NCBI GenBank assembly: GCA_903911455.1
Contig: CAIWDQ010000633.1
Location: 1 to 37,808 of the forward strand
Reading direction: 5' to 3'
Length of the DNA stretch: 37,808 bases
DNA from: an uncultured bacterium
GTDB taxonomy: Bacteria; Bacteroidota; Bacteroidia; Bacteroidales; JACABE01
This document shows, in pieces, positions 35,424 to 37,808 of the stretch. The notes beneath the pieces are model-generated. The model did not search any database. It was not told the origin of the DNA and saw only the letters and a program-made list of their open reading frames with translations. Position 1 is the stretch's first letter; every line of letters starts with the position of its first letter. The translations under genes were made by a program, and so were the position numbers.

Positions 35424-35501
35424 GGAACTGATGATCCAGACTTAAATTATCATCAGATCATAGCTGATTTATGGTTCCAGACTTAAATTATCATCAGTTC
35501 C
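35424..35501. repeat. Composite element: 22-bp perfect direct repeat x2 nested in a 12-bp perfect inverted repeat
   Basis: TCCAGACTTAAATTATCATCAG occurs at 35435-35456 and 35476-35497. GGAACTGATGAT (35424-35435) is the reverse complement of ATCATCAGTTCC (35490-35501). Confidence 0.85.
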
Positions 35502-35631
35502 AAATATAAGTATACTTTCTGTAACTATTAAAACAGTTATTAAAAAAATAAATTGTGTTTTGATAAATGAAATAAAATGAAAATATACATTTAATAATAA
35601 ACATATAAAAGTTTTATCTCATAGATATATT

Positions 35632-36420
35632 TTACTTTGAGAGATATTTAATGGTGTATGTGATTTTGCCTTCCTGAACTTCTTTTGCATTAGGATCAGC
35701 ATTGAACTTAGATTTTAAAGCTGCATTTAAAGTCATTTTTATAAGTTCATCATTTGTAACTGTCGAGCCTTCACCTTCAATGGCTTTAAGTACATTTCCA
35801 TTTCTATCAACCCAAATTTTAACTACCACCTTTCCAAATACATTTGATTTATTACCAGGAATTGGTAAATCAAGTGCTTTTCTGCCTTGCAGAAAAAATC
35901 CATTGTTTTTATCATATTCCGATGAGGTTCCGTTTGTTCCTTTATCTTTATCACCTGCAATACCACCTTCTTTAGTTTTATCACCAACACCTTTAACAAG
36001 CTTTTTGTCATAGAGCGACCGTTTATCAATATTTGACCCTTTAGTCTTCAGCGAAGTGGAATTCTCTGGATCAATTTCAGTAAGAACTGTAGTTTGTTTT
36101 TCGTTTGTAGTTGAAGTAGATTTAACTGTATTGTCGTTAAAGATTGGTGTTGAAGAACCATCTTCATTATTATCATTTCCAAAACCATCACCTCTGTTGC
36201 CTAAAAGTTGGTTAACTTCTACAAATAAAGTATCACTTTTGTGATTGTTTTCAAGATTACTTGTCCCGGTATTTCTTAAAATAGTAAACCATAGAATATT
36301 GAAAAGCAAGAGATGAAGCAACAATGTAATTGCAATGATACTTAAAATGCGTTTGGTACTTTTAACATCTTTTGTTTCTACTTCTGAAGTCGCTGTATTA
36401 TTAGCAAATATCTTTTCCAT
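35632..36420 (-). CDS. TonB-family energy transducer-like protein
   Basis: 262 aa with one N-terminal TM helix (ILSIIAITLLLHLLLFNILWFTIL) and a long Asn/Gly/Lys/Thr-rich linker. The C-terminal ~80 aa (GKVVVKIWVDRNGNVLKA...LNAALKSKF...GKITYTIKY) look like a TonB C-terminal domain. Confidence 0.6.
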   Translation of the reverse strand: MEKIFANNTATSEVETKDVKSTKRILSIIAITLLLHLLLFNILWFTILRNTGTSNLENNHKSDTLFVEVNQLLGNRGDGFGNDNNEDGSSTPIFNDNTVKSTSTTNEKQTTVLTEIDPENSTSLKTKGSNIDKRSLYDKKLVKGVGDKTKEGGIAGDKDKGTNGTSSEYDKNNGFFLQGRKALDLPIPGNKSNVFGKVVVKIWVDRNGNVLKAIEGEGSTVTNDELIKMTLNAALKSKFNADPNAKEVQEGKITYTIKYLSK

Positions 36421-36587
36421 CTTTATTTATTTTAATATTAAAATAAAATGATATAATGTTAGCATTATATAATAGAAGCGTTTAAAATAAAGAAATATTG
36501 TATAGAAATAGTAAATGTGATTTACTGATAAAAATTAAGTTGGTGTCAAAAGTTAAAACTAATCAAATATTTTCTTATAATTAAAAT

Positions 36588-36932
36588 TTAGTATAGAAGT
36601 ATTCCTTTTTCAATTAAATCTGTACGATGTAATTTAATAAACTCTTTAAGATCATTATTTATTTCCAGTTCTGAAGCAGAATCACTTGTTTTAAGTTCAT
36701 CAAATACATCAAATTCAAAAGAATCGGCACCTAATGTGTTCCAATCATTTTGAAGTTCACTATTTGAATGAAGCCCCATCTTAAGTTGAAACATATCCGA
36801 ATTATAAGCTCTATCTAAATCTGTGCTTGTTTTTAAAAAGAGTTTGTTATTAGTCAGGTTTTTGATTTGAAAAATCCCTGCTCTAAATTTCATTAGTTTG
36901 TAAGCCTTTTTGTCATCTTTTTTAGTACTCAT
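36588..36932 (-). CDS. Small GIY-YIG-like domain protein (divergent motifs)
   Basis: 114 aa. AGIFQIKNLTNNKLFLKTSTDLDRAYN...HSNSELQNDWNTLGADSFEFDV follows the GIY-(10-11 aa)-YIG...R...H.N..LQ..W...G...F.F pattern, with GIF and FLK in place of GIY and YIG. Confidence 0.5.
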   Translation of the reverse strand: MSTKKDDKKAYKLMKFRAGIFQIKNLTNNKLFLKTSTDLDRAYNSDMFQLKMGLHSNSELQNDWNTLGADSFEFDVFDELKTSDSASELEINNDLKEFIKLHRTDLIEKGILLY

Positions 36933-37001
36933 AACAAGAGTGATATACTAGTTTAAAATGAAACCTTCATTTTTGTTAATACAAATTATTAAATCCATTC
37001 A

Positions 37002-37787
37002 TTAAACTATTAACTCATTAGATTTCTGTTTACTTACAAGTTCGCTGAAACTTTTAGCAGCGTTAGTAAAATCTGAAGGCATAAGAATTACTGTAGTTGT
37101 ATTATTATCTATACCAATTTCCGAAAGCATTTGCATTCTTCTTAATTCAAGTGCTATTGGACTACCTTCCATTTCTTTTGCACCCTGTGTTAATTTAATT
37201 GAAGCTTCTAATTCAGCTTCAGCTTTTACTATTCTTGCACGTTTTTCTCTTACTGCTTCAGCTTCTCTTGCCATAGCTCTTTGCATTGCTAAAGGAATTT
37301 CAACATCTTTCATTTCTACCATTTCAATTTTAATACCCCAAGGTTCAGTAATAGAATCAACATTCTTTTGAAGTGTACCATTTATTTGTTCTCTTTCTCT
37401 TAACACTTCATCAAGAGTATGCTGTCCAATTATGTTTCGTAATGCTGTAACAGAGAATTGATATACAGCTTTGTTATAGTCCGCAACTTTTATTATTGCA
37501 TCTTCTGGGCTTGTTATTTTAAACCAAAGCACAGCATTTACTTTAATAGTTACGCTATCCTTAGTTATTGTCTCCTGTTGCTCAAGGTCTACAGTTTTTG
37601 TTCTAATGTCTACTCTTTGTTGAGCATCAATAATAGGAATTATCCAGTAAAGCCCGGGTCCTTTTATTGAATGAAAGCGCCCAAGTCTGAAAACAACTCC
37701 TCTTTGATATTCTTGAGCTATACGAAGTCCTGATAATAGAATTATAATTATAACTCCAATAATTGGTAAGATAATTGATTGATCCAT
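37002..37787 (-). CDS. SPFH/band-7 (slipin/stomatin-like) membrane protein
   Basis: 261 aa with an N-terminal TM helix. YQRGVVFRLGRF...GPGLYWIIPIID and the Ala/Glu-rich coiled segment (AMAREAEAVREKRARIVKAEAE) are typical of prokaryotic stomatins. Confidence 0.9.
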   Translation of the reverse strand: MDQSIILPIIGVIIIILLSGLRIAQEYQRGVVFRLGRFHSIKGPGLYWIIPIIDAQQRVDIRTKTVDLEQQETITKDSVTIKVNAVLWFKITSPEDAIIKVADYNKAVYQFSVTALRNIIGQHTLDEVLREREQINGTLQKNVDSITEPWGIKIEMVEMKDVEIPLAMQRAMAREAEAVREKRARIVKAEAELEASIKLTQGAKEMEGSPIALELRRMQMLSEIGIDNNTTTVILMPSDFTNAAKSFSELVSKQKSNELIV

Positions 37788-37808
37788 TTGAATATTTTGT
37801 ATAAAATT

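Noticed and set aside
35424-35501. Invertible promoter (phase-variation switch) bounded by the 12-bp inverted repeats
   Set aside because: The enclosed segment is only 54 bp, contains no TAnnTTTG box in either orientation, and has no adjacent site-specific recombinase gene.
36451-36470. AT-only palindrome ATATAATG-ttag-CATTATAT upstream of the TonB-like gene
   Set aside because: An 8-bp A/T stem in a very AT-rich spacer is expected by chance, and there is no supporting context.

Overview
This is an AT-rich chromosomal segment that looks like Bacteroidota. Three proteins end in type IX secretion (T9SS) C-terminal sorting domains, many genes sit behind TAnnTTTG -7 boxes, and there is a type-A RNase P RNA.

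Content from left to right:
- an operon of two large paralogous gingipain-like (peptidase C25) T9SS cargo proteins, with a convergent T9SS-tagged metallophosphoesterase
- a membrane-anchored dihaem cytochrome c
- mrdA-rodA
- a DEAD-box helicase with a repetitive Gly/Ser/Arg tail
- cysDN
- a repeat-laden, apparently accessory island of about 2.3 kb (18.0-20.3 kb). It holds a four-helix-bundle (23S-IVS/Avd family) gene locked inside a 27-bp inverted repeat, plus an unrecognisable 325-aa protein
- the dut / nucleotidyltransferase / TPR / DUF4292-like / EnvC-like gene string
- an FkbM-type methyltransferase and a MOP-family flippase
- a TonB-dependent receptor with a small Cys/His-rich partner
- rnpB, an Smr-domain protein, a CPA2 antiporter, a lipoprotein, a TonB-like protein, a small GIY-YIG-like protein and an SPFH/slipin protein

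I saw no CRISPR array, transposase, integrase, reverse transcriptase, tRNA or rRNA.

The best candidates for something undescribed are the 18.0-20.3 kb island and the composite elements (short tandem repeats plus a CGTCATTGCGAGGAGG box) that follow the stop codons of cysN and the TonB-dependent receptor. All functional ideas about these are inference from sequence read by eye. No database search was possible.
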